A stretch of DNA of 64,000 nt, from the NCBI GenBank assembly GCA_964583975.1, contig CAZOXU010000001.1, positions 35,552 to 99,551 on the forward strand, in the 5' to 3' direction. Each line of letters begins with the position of its first letter. Positions within the stretch are counted from its first letter, which is position 1. The notes beneath the pieces are model-generated. The model had not been told where the DNA came from, made no database searches, and worked only from the letters and a program-made list of their open reading frames with translations. A program made the translations under genes and the position numbers. Positions 28,916-38,241 of this stretch are shown piece after piece. This DNA is from an uncultured Planctomycetales bacterium (GTDB lineage: Bacteria; Omnitrophota; Gorgyraeia; Zapsychrales; Fredricksoniimonadaceae).

Positions 28916-29617
28916 TTATTTATAGTAAAACTTCAGGTGAGATTGCAGCGTTCGCACATCAATTTGCCCAGGAGCGGTTGGTTTGTGCAAGAAAGTATAA
29001 GCAAACAAGCTCCCAGCTGCTGGAAGAATCAATCGAGATATACTGCCTAGGGAACCAAGGCAAAGCGTAATCAACGGATGCTTGCGATGTGTTTGAGTAA
29101 AAGCAATCATACGAAACATATCTTCATACGAATTAGCTTTTGCAGCGATTTTGACGATATCTCCTCTGGTGCTTAAAGCTTTCTTAAAAATATTCTCTAA
29201 ATGAGATGGAGTGTGACCAAAATCATGCATTGAAACAATGATGATTTTCTTGAGTCGGCGCGCTTTTGTTAAAACATCCTTCAGTAGCCTTGAACTTAAT
29301 TCAATGTCTACCATATCCACAAAAGGCAAGGCTGCTTCGAGAATATCGCGCTTTTTGGCATCAGACCAATCCTTCGCAGCGCCTTCTTTTTTTTGATTAC
29401 GCACTGTTAATAACAATGGAATGCGAAGCTTACGGCGATTTTCAATCTGTTTTACTACATAATTTGCATCGAGTTTACGGAACAAATCAACCCGTAACTC
29501 TAAAACATCCACCTTTAAAGGCTTAATTTGAGCGTTAGTTTCTCGGTCTGTAATAGATAAAACAATTTGCGGATTCATAAGTGTTATTAACATAACCTTA
29601 TCAAAGGATTTTGGCAA
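28916..29617 (-). CDS. aroD: 3-dehydroquinate dehydratase, type I
   Basis: Type I DHQase pattern (VDVLELRVDLF, LLLTVRN, IIVSMHDFGHTPS). Confidence 0.75.
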   Translation of the reverse strand: MPKSFDKVMLITLMNPQIVLSITDRETNAQIKPLKVDVLELRVDLFRKLDANYVVKQIENRRKLRIPLLLTVRNQKKEGAAKDWSDAKKRDILEAALPFVDMVDIELSSRLLKDVLTKARRLKKIIIVSMHDFGHTPSHLENIFKKALSTRGDIVKIAAKANSYEDMFRMIAFTQTHRKHPLITLCLGSLGSISRLILPAAGSLFAYTFLHKPTAPGQIDVRTLQSHLKFYYK

Positions 29618-29648
29618 CTGGATAATTAATTTAAACTTAAAATCCTTT
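29603..29648. promoter_or_regulatory. 10-bp inverted repeat AAAGGATTTT-N26-AAAATCCTTT in the aroD / T2SS divergent promoter, upstream of a TATAAT (29656-29661) and an SD GGAGA
   Basis: Seen in sequence; candidate regulator site for the T2SS-like operon. Confidence 0.3.
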
Positions 29649-29690
29649 ATTCTTTTATAATTATATATAAAATTAGCCTGGAGAATTTAT

Positions 29691-31388
29691 ATGAAACCCC
29701 GATCTACCGCCCTATTAGGCCAACTATTAGTTGATAATAAAATTATCACTTCTGAGCAGCTTGAAATTGCCCTCAAGAAACAAAAAGAAACTGGCGATCC
29801 TTTAGGCATTACCCTCTTAAAGCTCGGATTTGTTGATGAAGAAAACTATGTGCTTCCCATTGTAGCCAACCAAATGGGAGTTTCCTATGTTAATCTCAAC
29901 CAGATGGAAATAGCCAAGGAAGTTATCAATAAAATCCCAGCCAAGATTGCCATTTACTACAAATTAATCCCCATTGACTATAGTGATGGGATTTTAACAA
30001 TAGCCACGACCAAACCTTTAGATATTAACATCATTGATGGCGTTAGTTTGGTTGTCAGCGACAAAATCAGAACTGTGCTGGCTAGCGAGAAAGAAGTTAT
30101 CGAAAATATCCGCACCTACTACGGAGTCGGAGCAGAAACCATCGACCAAATGATGGAAACTGCCCAAATTAAACCAACCCCCGAAAAAGAAGAAGATATT
30201 GCGGAAATTGACTCTGAAGCCACCATTGCTAAATTCTTAAATCAAGTTTTTATTGAAGCCTATGAGAGCCGGGCTACTGATATTCATATTGAACCCTATG
30301 AAAATGAATTAAAAATCCGTTACCGTATTGATGGCGTTTTATCTGACACGCAACTGCCAGCCAACATCAATCACTTTCGCGATTTCATCAATGCCCGTAT
30401 TAAAATTATGTCGAATCTTAATATTGCTGAAAAACGCCTTCCCCAAGATGGCCGATTTAAAGTCAAAATAGGTGATATTAATTTGGATTTACGTGTATCT
30501 TTTTTGCCAACCCAATTTGGAGAAAGCGTTGTTATTCGTTTATTGCGTTCTTCTTCCCTTTATAACCTCAAAGATTTAGGTTTATCCCCTGAAGATCTCA
30601 AAAGGTTGGATGGTTTACTTAGCAAACCCCATGGTATCATTTTTGTTACCGGCCCAACTGGTTCAGGAAAAACGACCACTTTGTATGCTTGCCTTTCCCA
30701 TATCAATAAAGCCGATAATAAAATTATTACGATCGAAGATCCTATTGAATACCAGCTCAAAGGCATTATGCAAATTCAAATCCATCCTGAAATAGGATTA
30801 ACATTTGCACGAGGGTTACGATCCATGTTACGTCACGATCCCGATGTCATGATGGTTGGCGAAGTCCGTGATGTGGAAACAGCCCGGACGGCCGTACAAA
30901 TAGCCATGACTGGTCACTTGATTTTCTCAACCCTGCACACGAATGATGCTGCCAGTGGTGTGACCCGCCTCATTGATATGGGTATTGATCCTTACTTAGT
31001 CACCAGTTCGGTAGAATGTTTTATTGCTCAACGTTTGGTCCGCCTATTGTGCCCTAAATGTAAAACCCCTGGAAAATTCTCTGAAGATGTTGTTAAAGAT
31101 TTTGGATTAGATCCTCAAATCGAAAGAAACATTACGATCTATGAAGGCACCGGCTGCAAGGCCTGTAATTTTAGCGGTTATTATGGCCGAGAAGGAATTT
31201 ATGAATTTTTAGTTCTAAATGATGAAATACGAGAAATGATCATGCATCGCTCCTCTTCAACCCAAATTAAGAATAAAGCTACCTCTTTAGGAATGACTAC
31301 TCTTCTTCAATCTGGATGGGAAAAGGTTAAACTGGGGTTAACCTCGGCTAGTGAAGTGATTCGTGTAACGAAAGAAGATTATAAATAA
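29691..31388 (+). CDS. gspE: Type II secretion / type IV pilus assembly ATPase (GspE/PilB family) with an N-terminal MshEN-like domain
   Basis: Walker A GPTGSGKTT, Asp box, His box and tetracysteine CPKC...CKAC. The N-terminus carries two ~24-aa MshEN-type repeats (LLGQLLVDNKIITSEQLEIALKKQ and LGITLLKLGFVDEENYVLPIVANQ). Confidence 0.9.
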   Translation: MKPRSTALLGQLLVDNKIITSEQLEIALKKQKETGDPLGITLLKLGFVDEENYVLPIVANQMGVSYVNLNQMEIAKEVINKIPAKIAIYYKLIPIDYSDGILTIATTKPLDINIIDGVSLVVSDKIRTVLASEKEVIENIRTYYGVGAETIDQMMETAQIKPTPEKEEDIAEIDSEATIAKFLNQVFIEAYESRATDIHIEPYENELKIRYRIDGVLSDTQLPANINHFRDFINARIKIMSNLNIAEKRLPQDGRFKVKIGDINLDLRVSFLPTQFGESVVIRLLRSSSLYNLKDLGLSPEDLKRLDGLLSKPHGIIFVTGPTGSGKTTTLYACLSHINKADNKIITIEDPIEYQLKGIMQIQIHPEIGLTFARGLRSMLRHDPDVMMVGEVRDVETARTAVQIAMTGHLIFSTLHTNDAASGVTRLIDMGIDPYLVTSSVECFIAQRLVRLLCPKCKTPGKFSEDVVKDFGLDPQIERNITIYEGTGCKACNFSGYYGREGIYEFLVLNDEIREMIMHRSSSTQIKNKATSLGMTTLLQSGWEKVKLGLTSASEVIRVTKEDYK

Positions 31389-32599
31389 TGCCTCTTTTTT
31401 CTTATACAGCTAAGCAAGGACCCAAAAAAACTGTCCAAGGACAGATAGAGGCAGAAAGTGTAGACACAGCCATTCGAAAGATTATGGAATTGGGATATAC
31501 GCCTATTGATGTCTCTAAACAAAACCCAACAAAAACACCTCGTTTTGAGTTTATCTTAAACCAAAAAATCCCAAACAAAGAAATCATCTTATTTACACGA
31601 CAATTAAGCGATCTCATTGAAGCTGACGTGCCTCTTTTAAAATCCTTAAATCATATCTTCAAACAAACTAAGCATCCTATATTTAAGGCTATGCTTCAAA
31701 AGATATGTACGGCGGTTAAAGACGGATCCATGCTTTCTGAATCTTTAGAAAAATTCCCAGAAACATTTCCAACAGTATACGTTAACATCATTCGATCAGG
31801 AGAATTTAGCGGTAATCTTACTGCTGTTTTGCAACGTCTAGCAGATTTTAGTGAGCGGCAACAAGACATTCAAAACCAAATCAGGGCCAGCTTGATTTAT
31901 CCTGCCTTAATTCTGAGTGTCGGAGCAGCTACCATTTTTGTCTTACTCACTTGGGTTATTCCTCGTCTAACAGCTATCTTTGAAGATCTGAATCAAGCCT
32001 TACCCTTGCCAACTCAAATTTTATTAGCCACTAGTGACTTCTTTGTACATTTCTGGTGGCTCATTGTATTTATTCTGGCTACTCTAGGATTTGCTTTGCA
32101 GCAATTGAATCGCACACCCGCAGGAAAATTGAAAATAGATCGATTTAAACTCCAAGTTCCTTTTTTAGGCAATTTCTTGAAAAATGTGGAGATTGAACGT
32201 TTCAGCCGCACCTTAGCGACATTGTTAGAAAATGGCGTTACGATTATTTCTGCTTTAAAAGCAGTGGCACTGGTTACTGAAAACCAAATCTTTAAAGATG
32301 TGATCAAAAAAATTGAATCAGATGTCAGCAATGGAGAAAGTTTGGCCAAGGCTATTGAAAAAACCACATTATTTCCTGAGACAGCTACTCAAATGATTAC
32401 GGTTGGTGAAGAAACTGGTCACATGACTAAAGGACTCCATAAGCTTGCCCAATACTATGAACGATTGATTCAGAATTTTATAAAGAGTATGACCACCTTA
32501 ATCGAACCCATTTTGATACTTGTATTAGGAACGGTTGTTGGTTCGGTTGTTTTAGCTATGCTATTACCTATTTTCCAAATGAATTTATTGATCAAATAA
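31388..32599 (+). CDS. gspF: Type II secretion system inner-membrane platform protein (GspF/PilC family)
   Basis: Duplicated T2SF domains, 3 TM helices, 403 aa. Confidence 0.85.
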   Translation: MPLFSYTAKQGPKKTVQGQIEAESVDTAIRKIMELGYTPIDVSKQNPTKTPRFEFILNQKIPNKEIILFTRQLSDLIEADVPLLKSLNHIFKQTKHPIFKAMLQKICTAVKDGSMLSESLEKFPETFPTVYVNIIRSGEFSGNLTAVLQRLADFSERQQDIQNQIRASLIYPALILSVGAATIFVLLTWVIPRLTAIFEDLNQALPLPTQILLATSDFFVHFWWLIVFILATLGFALQQLNRTPAGKLKIDRFKLQVPFLGNFLKNVEIERFSRTLATLLENGVTIISALKAVALVTENQIFKDVIKKIESDVSNGESLAKAIEKTTLFPETATQMITVGEETGHMTKGLHKLAQYYERLIQNFIKSMTTLIEPILILVLGTVVGSVVLAMLLPIFQMNLLIK

Positions 32600-32621
32600 T
32601 AACAAAATTCGGAGGCATTCA

Positions 32622-33065
32622 ATGTCACAATCAAACAAAGGCTTTACGCTCGTTGAAATTCTTTTAGTGGTCATCATTATTGGTATTCTAGCAGCCATGA
32701 TTATCCCTAATATTGCTGGACGCGGTGAAGAAGCCAGACGTGGTGCAGCTAAGGCAGATATCATGGCTAATCTTTCCTCGGCCTTAGATATGTACGAAGT
32801 TGATAATGGCCGGTACCCAACCACTGAGCAAGGACTGGCTGCTTTATTGAGCGAACCCAGCACCTCTCCTACGCCTACTCACTGGAGAGGACCTTACCTC
32901 AAAAAGAAAAAACTTCCTATTGATCCTTGGGGTAAGAATTACATTTATGTCTGTCCTGGTGTACGCAACCCTGATAGCTACGACCTGTCTTCTTCCGGTG
33001 CTGATAAAATTGAAAGCCCTGATGATATCGTCAACTGGGAAGACAATTCTTCGATCCAAAAATAA
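32622..33065 (+). CDS. gspG: Major pseudopilin GspG
   Basis: Prepilin leader KGFTLVEIL with E+5, plus the GspG hallmarks AKADI...LDMYEVDNGRYPTTEQGL...W.GPY. Confidence 0.85.
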   Translation: MSQSNKGFTLVEILLVVIIIGILAAMIIPNIAGRGEEARRGAAKADIMANLSSALDMYEVDNGRYPTTEQGLAALLSEPSTSPTPTHWRGPYLKKKKLPIDPWGKNYIYVCPGVRNPDSYDLSSSGADKIESPDDIVNWEDNSSIQK

Positions 33066-33508
33066 TGAAAGCTTTTACCTTAACGGAGATGCTCTTAATT
33101 GTGGTGCTGCTTACCGTAGCAGCAGGTTTGTCGCTTCCCAATTTTAGTAAATCTTACACAAAGCTACAATTAGACACTTCTGTTACGACACTCACTCATA
33201 TGATGCGTTATGCGCAAAGCAGGGCCATTACTCAAAACAAGAAAATACGACTTTTATTTAATGATCCCACTGAGAAATACCAATTGTTTGAAGAAAAAGA
33301 AGAACAATATGTACCTTTAAACGGTCGCTGGGGAAAAGTTGTTAGTTTTCCTAAAGGCATTACTGTAAAACCCCTTCACCTATCTATAGATTTTTTCCCA
33401 CGAGGTGAAATTGAAAAAACCGACGTACAAATCTGTCAGGATAAAGATTGTGCTATTGTTACAACTCAACAACAGCGCTCGCAAATAGAGGTTTTATATG
33501 CCAATTAA
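33065..33508 (+). CDS. Minor pseudopilin, GspH/FimT-like
   Basis: Prepilin-type N-terminus MKAFTLTEMLLIVVLL; 147 aa. Confidence 0.55.
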   Translation: MKAFTLTEMLLIVVLLTVAAGLSLPNFSKSYTKLQLDTSVTTLTHMMRYAQSRAITQNKKIRLLFNDPTEKYQLFEEKEEQYVPLNGRWGKVVSFPKGITVKPLHLSIDFFPRGEIEKTDVQICQDKDCAIVTTQQQRSQIEVLYAN

Positions 33509-33914
33509 AACGATCCCTCACAACCAAGGAGCTTTGTTGCTAGAAGTCTTGATGGTGATGGTCATTCTTGCGGTTGGATTAACATGTATTATTCAATCTC
33601 TTTCTTCTAGCATGAAAGCATTAAACTATGCCAGTAATTATTCCCAGGCCGCCTTTCTAATTGATAACAAACTATCTGAAATACTTATTAATCAATCTAT
33701 CGAAGAAAATTTCCAAGACAGCGGCAACTTCAATCCTCCTTTTGAGGCTTATCATTTTCAAATTTCGACTGAACCGATGAAATGGACTGATGATCCATCG
33801 CCTTCCGAAACAGTCAGCCAAATTCGACTTAGTGTCGATTGGCCCGTTGGCACTAAAAATCAAGAGATTTCTACAGCCCTCTGTTTACTCCATGCAACGG
33901 AGGATAAAAATTGA
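33498..33914 (+). CDS. Minor pseudopilin, GspI-like
   Basis: Prepilin-type hydrophobic N-terminus QGALLLEVLMVMVILAV with E+5; 138 aa. Confidence 0.5.
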   Translation: MPIKTIPHNQGALLLEVLMVMVILAVGLTCIIQSLSSSMKALNYASNYSQAAFLIDNKLSEILINQSIEENFQDSGNFNPPFEAYHFQISTEPMKWTDDPSPSETVSQIRLSVDWPVGTKNQEISTALCLLHATEDKN

Positions 33915-34684
33915 TCATGAAAATAAAATCAAATATGGCTTTTACTCTGATTGAGTTCTTAATTGCGTTTGCTATTTTCTCAACCATTGCTTTGAGTGTT
34001 TATGGCACTTTCTACAGCGGTATGCAAATAAACAAGAAAGCCAAGAATTTTGAACTCTTCTATCGCAATATCTACTGGTCTTTTGATCTTATACAGCGCG
34101 ATCTAGAAAATATGGTCGCTTTTAACGATGCCGATAAGAGTCTGAAGGCATTTTCAGGCAATGCTGATGGGTTTTCCCTAGTCATCCCTACAAATTCAGG
34201 ACTCAAAAAAGTCAGTTACCGATTATCCGAACCAAATAAAATTCAAGTACATAAAACCCAACTAGGATATCACACCTCAAAAAACGTTCCCATAACTACC
34301 GGTCACATTCAAAATGAGGATCAAATTAATTATCTTGTCCGACAAGAACAAAGTTGGGGTCAAATCAGCCCTGAAGATGAGATCCTTAACAAACAAGTGC
34401 TCAACAATTCTTTAAAAATTTCTTATGCGAGCGCTGATAAAGAAACAGTCCTCTGGCATGAGGAATGGACCGATGATGGTTTTCCTGTTGGAGTACGCTT
34501 GGAAATGACTTTTATAGATCCAGACAACCCTAAACATTCCGTAGTGATTCGCAAGATTATTCCTATTTCTTTGAGAACAAATAATACTAATCCTGTATTA
34601 AATCAAAATCCTTTGTTTGATCTGAATAATTTATTAAACCAAAATACTAATCCTTTAGGAAATTTACTAAAAATTAACCAATGA
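33911..34684 (+). CDS. Minor pseudopilin, GspJ-like
   Basis: N-terminus MAFTLIEFLIAFAIF; 257 aa. Confidence 0.5.
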   Translation: MIMKIKSNMAFTLIEFLIAFAIFSTIALSVYGTFYSGMQINKKAKNFELFYRNIYWSFDLIQRDLENMVAFNDADKSLKAFSGNADGFSLVIPTNSGLKKVSYRLSEPNKIQVHKTQLGYHTSKNVPITTGHIQNEDQINYLVRQEQSWGQISPEDEILNKQVLNNSLKISYASADKETVLWHEEWTDDGFPVGVRLEMTFIDPDNPKHSVVIRKIIPISLRTNNTNPVLNQNPLFDLNNLLNQNTNPLGNLLKINQ

Positions 34685-35670
34685 TGCTCAGAACCAAAAA
34701 TAATTCTGGTATAATACTAATTGTTGTCTTGTGGATCATGGTCATTTTGACCTTGCTGACGATCGGCATAGGATGGCAAACCCATATTGAACTTACCCTA
34801 GCTAAGAATTTCAGAGGGAAAGTTCAATCCAAATATATTGCCCTTTCTGGCCTGACCTATGCCATGGATCTTATAAAAAACAGCACAAACAATAAAGACC
34901 TTCACAAACCGGATGTTCTAAATTCGCAAGTTTTTTCAAAAACTATACCCTTAGGAACAGGTTATTTTAAAGTGAAAAGTATCCAAGACGTAGAAAGCCG
35001 AATTAATCTTAATGCTATAGATCCAAATAATTATCGAATTCTAACTAATCTCTTAGAAAAATTAGGCATTGATCGCGAAACCGCTATGACCATCACTTAT
35101 TCTGTTATTGACTGGAAAGATACTGACAAGACTGTTTTGAATCCACCCTATGGAGCAGAAAATGACTTTTATCAAGAGATTGGTTATAACGCCAAAAACC
35201 AACCCTTGGAAAGCGTTGAAGAAATCCTCCTAATTAGAGGAATGAACAAAGATATTTACCAAAAAATAAAAGATTTTATTACAATTTATCCCACTAGTGG
35301 CGCCTTATTAATTAATATAGATACTGCTTCTGAAGAAGTATTACGGGCCTTTGCAGAAAATTTTGCCGGACCTTTAACAAATACAAGTATCGAAGATGCA
35401 AGCAGCCTTGTTGATAAGATTATGGAATACCGAAGAACACTAACAGATACAAGTACGACTGCCCAAGAACGGGCTGTTGAAACTAATAAAATGAGCCTCA
35501 ATTCTAAAGAAAATAGTATTTTCCTTACCATGCAGTCTCAAAGACAAAGAACTTCTCAATATTTTAATATTCAAGTTGTAGGGGTTGATGAAGAATCTCA
35601 GGCCTCAACAGAAATTTCAACTACTATTCAAATCAAAGATTTGGCTGTTCTAAGCTGGCACAGAAATTAA
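34681..35670 (+). CDS. Minor pseudopilin GspK-like
   Basis: Hydrophobic N-terminus without E+5, a large ~330 aa size, and the VESRINLNA motif typical of GspK. Confidence 0.55.
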   Translation: MMLRTKNNSGIILIVVLWIMVILTLLTIGIGWQTHIELTLAKNFRGKVQSKYIALSGLTYAMDLIKNSTNNKDLHKPDVLNSQVFSKTIPLGTGYFKVKSIQDVESRINLNAIDPNNYRILTNLLEKLGIDRETAMTITYSVIDWKDTDKTVLNPPYGAENDFYQEIGYNAKNQPLESVEEILLIRGMNKDIYQKIKDFITIYPTSGALLINIDTASEEVLRAFAENFAGPLTNTSIEDASSLVDKIMEYRRTLTDTSTTAQERAVETNKMSLNSKENSIFLTMQSQRQRTSQYFNIQVVGVDEESQASTEISTTIQIKDLAVLSWHRN

Positions 35671-35671
35671 T

Positions 35672-37096
35672 ATGATTAAAGATAATCGCACTATCATTGA
35701 AATCACAAGTACCTATATCAAGGTGTTACAGGTATCGGTCCAACGCAATAATCCCATCCTTAGTAATCTAGAAATCATTGAAACTAAAAAACATACTGAA
35801 CCACAAATCATTGAGAAACTTTCTCGCTTAAATCTTAAAACTAAAAACACCCTTCTGGTATTACCTAAACGTAATGTAATTTTAAAAAACTTCTCCCTTC
35901 CATCCCAAAACGAAGATGAAATTAAAAAAATATTATCTCTTAAAATCCTTCAGGAAATTCCTTTCAGCCAGGAAGAAATTGTCTTTGATCACCTCATTGT
36001 TGATAAATTATCTGATGGATACACCAAGGTTCTTGCAGCTATTAGTCCCTTGGATCAGATTTCAACCAATCTTAAAATATTAAAAAAAGCGGGCTTAAAT
36101 GTTACAAGCGTACTGATTAATTCTTTTGGTATTATTGGATGGTTTCGCCAACTCTTACCCCAAGAAAAGAAACCCATTAGCATTCTAAACCTTGATTGTG
36201 ATGGTGCTGAACTATGTTTTTGCGCGCAAGGGAAATTCCTGTTTTCGCGCAATTTTAATTTTAACCTTAATGATTTAAATGATCAAAATATTGCTGACAT
36301 TCTCAACCAAATAGAATTAACTCACAAAGCCTATCAAAATGAATTCCCCAAACTTAATATAGAGAAAATCTTTATTGCTTCTGACATATTCCAAATTGAA
36401 ACATTGAAAAAAAGTATCCTTGATCACTTTAATCTGCCTGTTGAGGTTATTAAGCCCTCTGAACGAATCACCTGCGAATTACAGGCCCTCTCCTTAATCA
36501 AAAATAATCCAATGATTTCTATTACAGGTAGCTGGGGATTTGTTGTTGCTGCTGGAGACCATCAAATTGATCTGATGCCACGCTCTCTTAAAATCGAAGA
36601 ACAAACGCCTTTAACTATAAATCGATTTCTTCCCTTTTTGCTGTCTGCCAGCATACTACTAGTCTTAATTGTTATTGCTTCTTCCATGGGGATTTATCAA
36701 AAATATTTGCACCTTGAACGACTGCAAAAAACCTATTCAAGCATTCAAGAGACAACAAAAACTGGAAATACAAAACTTAACGATATACGCATATTTCGTC
36801 ATTTACTTGATCAACACCTGCCCATGGCCGATGTATTACGTGATATTTATCTAAAAACACCTGCGGGAATTACATTTCGCTTTATTAACTTTAATAGAGA
36901 TTATTCTTTCACCATTGATGGCGTAGGTCCTTCGCAAGAAGCTATTAAAGACTTTCAACAAAGGCTTACGGATTTACCTTGGTTTAAGGATGTAAATATT
37001 GAATTTAGTAACCCTAGGCAATATAACAAACAAGAACTATTTGATTACAGAATAGCTTGTCAGATTATTGGGCCTGAAGAATTTAAAAAACAATGA
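35672..37096 (+). CDS. GspL-like assembly protein (cytoplasmic PilM/actin-like domain + TM + periplasmic PilN-like domain)
   Basis: A ~310-aa cytoplasmic domain, a single TM (FLPFLLSASILLVLIVIASSMGIY) and a ~150-aa periplasmic tail. Confidence 0.55.
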   Translation: MIKDNRTIIEITSTYIKVLQVSVQRNNPILSNLEIIETKKHTEPQIIEKLSRLNLKTKNTLLVLPKRNVILKNFSLPSQNEDEIKKILSLKILQEIPFSQEEIVFDHLIVDKLSDGYTKVLAAISPLDQISTNLKILKKAGLNVTSVLINSFGIIGWFRQLLPQEKKPISILNLDCDGAELCFCAQGKFLFSRNFNFNLNDLNDQNIADILNQIELTHKAYQNEFPKLNIEKIFIASDIFQIETLKKSILDHFNLPVEVIKPSERITCELQALSLIKNNPMISITGSWGFVVAAGDHQIDLMPRSLKIEEQTPLTINRFLPFLLSASILLVLIVIASSMGIYQKYLHLERLQKTYSSIQETTKTGNTKLNDIRIFRHLLDQHLPMADVLRDIYLKTPAGITFRFINFNRDYSFTIDGVGPSQEAIKDFQQRLTDLPWFKDVNIEFSNPRQYNKQELFDYRIACQIIGPEEFKKQ

Positions 37097-37641
37097 AAAA
37101 AATCCACGCTCCTAACATCATTTCGACCAATAAAGAAAAACGCATCTTTATTTTAGGCTGTCTATTACTCATTACGTTTTTTATCTACCGGGGGGTCTAT
37201 TTACCGTTGATGAATGCCAAAGAATCCTTGGAAGAGAAAGTCTTATTATTTGAAAACCAGATCTATAAATCAAATCGCGTCATCTCCCAAGTGGAACCAT
37301 TTCAAAAAGAATATTTGGAAGCTACCAAATGCTATAAACAGGCCCTTTCTGACAAACAAGAATTGTCGAATATATCTTCAGAACTACAAAGTATTGCTCA
37401 AAGAACTCAGCTTAAGATAACAGCAGACCTTCCCAAAAAATCTAAAGCCACCCTCTATAAAAACGACTTTACAATTAATCTACTTTTGGAAGGTAATTCT
37501 AAAAATATCCTGGAATTTCTCTATGCCTTGCAAAACTGCCCTCATTTATATAATGTTAATGAATTGAGGATTTTCACGTCTCCATCCAACGACTCCCAGT
37601 TGCAATGCCAGCTGGTTTTGACCAAATCTTTAATTAAATAA
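37093..37641 (+). CDS. GspM/PilO-like bitopic inner-membrane protein
   Basis: N-terminal TM helix plus a ~140-aa periplasmic domain, positioned after the gspL-like gene. Confidence 0.45.
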   Translation: MKKIHAPNIISTNKEKRIFILGCLLLITFFIYRGVYLPLMNAKESLEEKVLLFENQIYKSNRVISQVEPFQKEYLEATKCYKQALSDKQELSNISSELQSIAQRTQLKITADLPKKSKATLYKNDFTINLLLEGNSKNILEFLYALQNCPHLYNVNELRIFTSPSNDSQLQCQLVLTKSLIK

Positions 37642-37725
37642 ACTATTCTTAGATCTAGATTAATAGAAAGCGTATTATCCGATTGACACTAGTTTTTATT
37701 TATGTCAAATTAGGTCTACTAAACC

Positions 37726-38241
37726 ATGTTTCAATTTAGATTACCCTTATTCAATAGCAGCAATATATTTGATTCCCTAACCAAGGTTCTTGCGTTAGTT
37801 TCCGTTTTACTATTTATATATATACTAGCTAGATTCTTTGCTATCAATAAAGAAATGGCAACGTTAAACCCAAATTCTATGACTACGACAGCTTCTATCG
37901 ATTCTAAAAATAAAATTCTACCGTCTTTCCCTCCTTTTACTCAATATGCCCAAGCTGTGGAAGGACAAAACTTTTTCCAAACACCTAAAATAGTCGTAGC
38001 AGAAGCTACCCCCGAAGTCCCTAAGGAACCTACACCTCAAGATTTAACTAAAAACATTAAAGTGCTTGGGATTATGTTATCTCAAAAGCCTCAGGCCGTT
38101 GTGCTCAACCAGACTACTAACCAAACACTTATTCTGTCGTTAGGGGACACTATCAACAATTTAAGACTAAGCGAAATCCAAAAAGACCAAATAATTTTTG
38201 ACCATGATGGACAGTTGTTAAAAGTCCATTACACCAAATAA
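37726..38241 (+). CDS. PilP/GspC-like secretin-interacting protein
   Basis: N-terminal TM, a Pro/Thr-rich linker and a C-terminal beta domain (VLGIMLSQKPQAVVLN...LKVHY), immediately upstream of the secretin. Confidence 0.4.
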   Translation: MFQFRLPLFNSSNIFDSLTKVLALVSVLLFIYILARFFAINKEMATLNPNSMTTTASIDSKNKILPSFPPFTQYAQAVEGQNFFQTPKIVVAEATPEVPKEPTPQDLTKNIKVLGIMLSQKPQAVVLNQTTNQTLILSLGDTINNLRLSEIQKDQIIFDHDGQLLKVHYTK

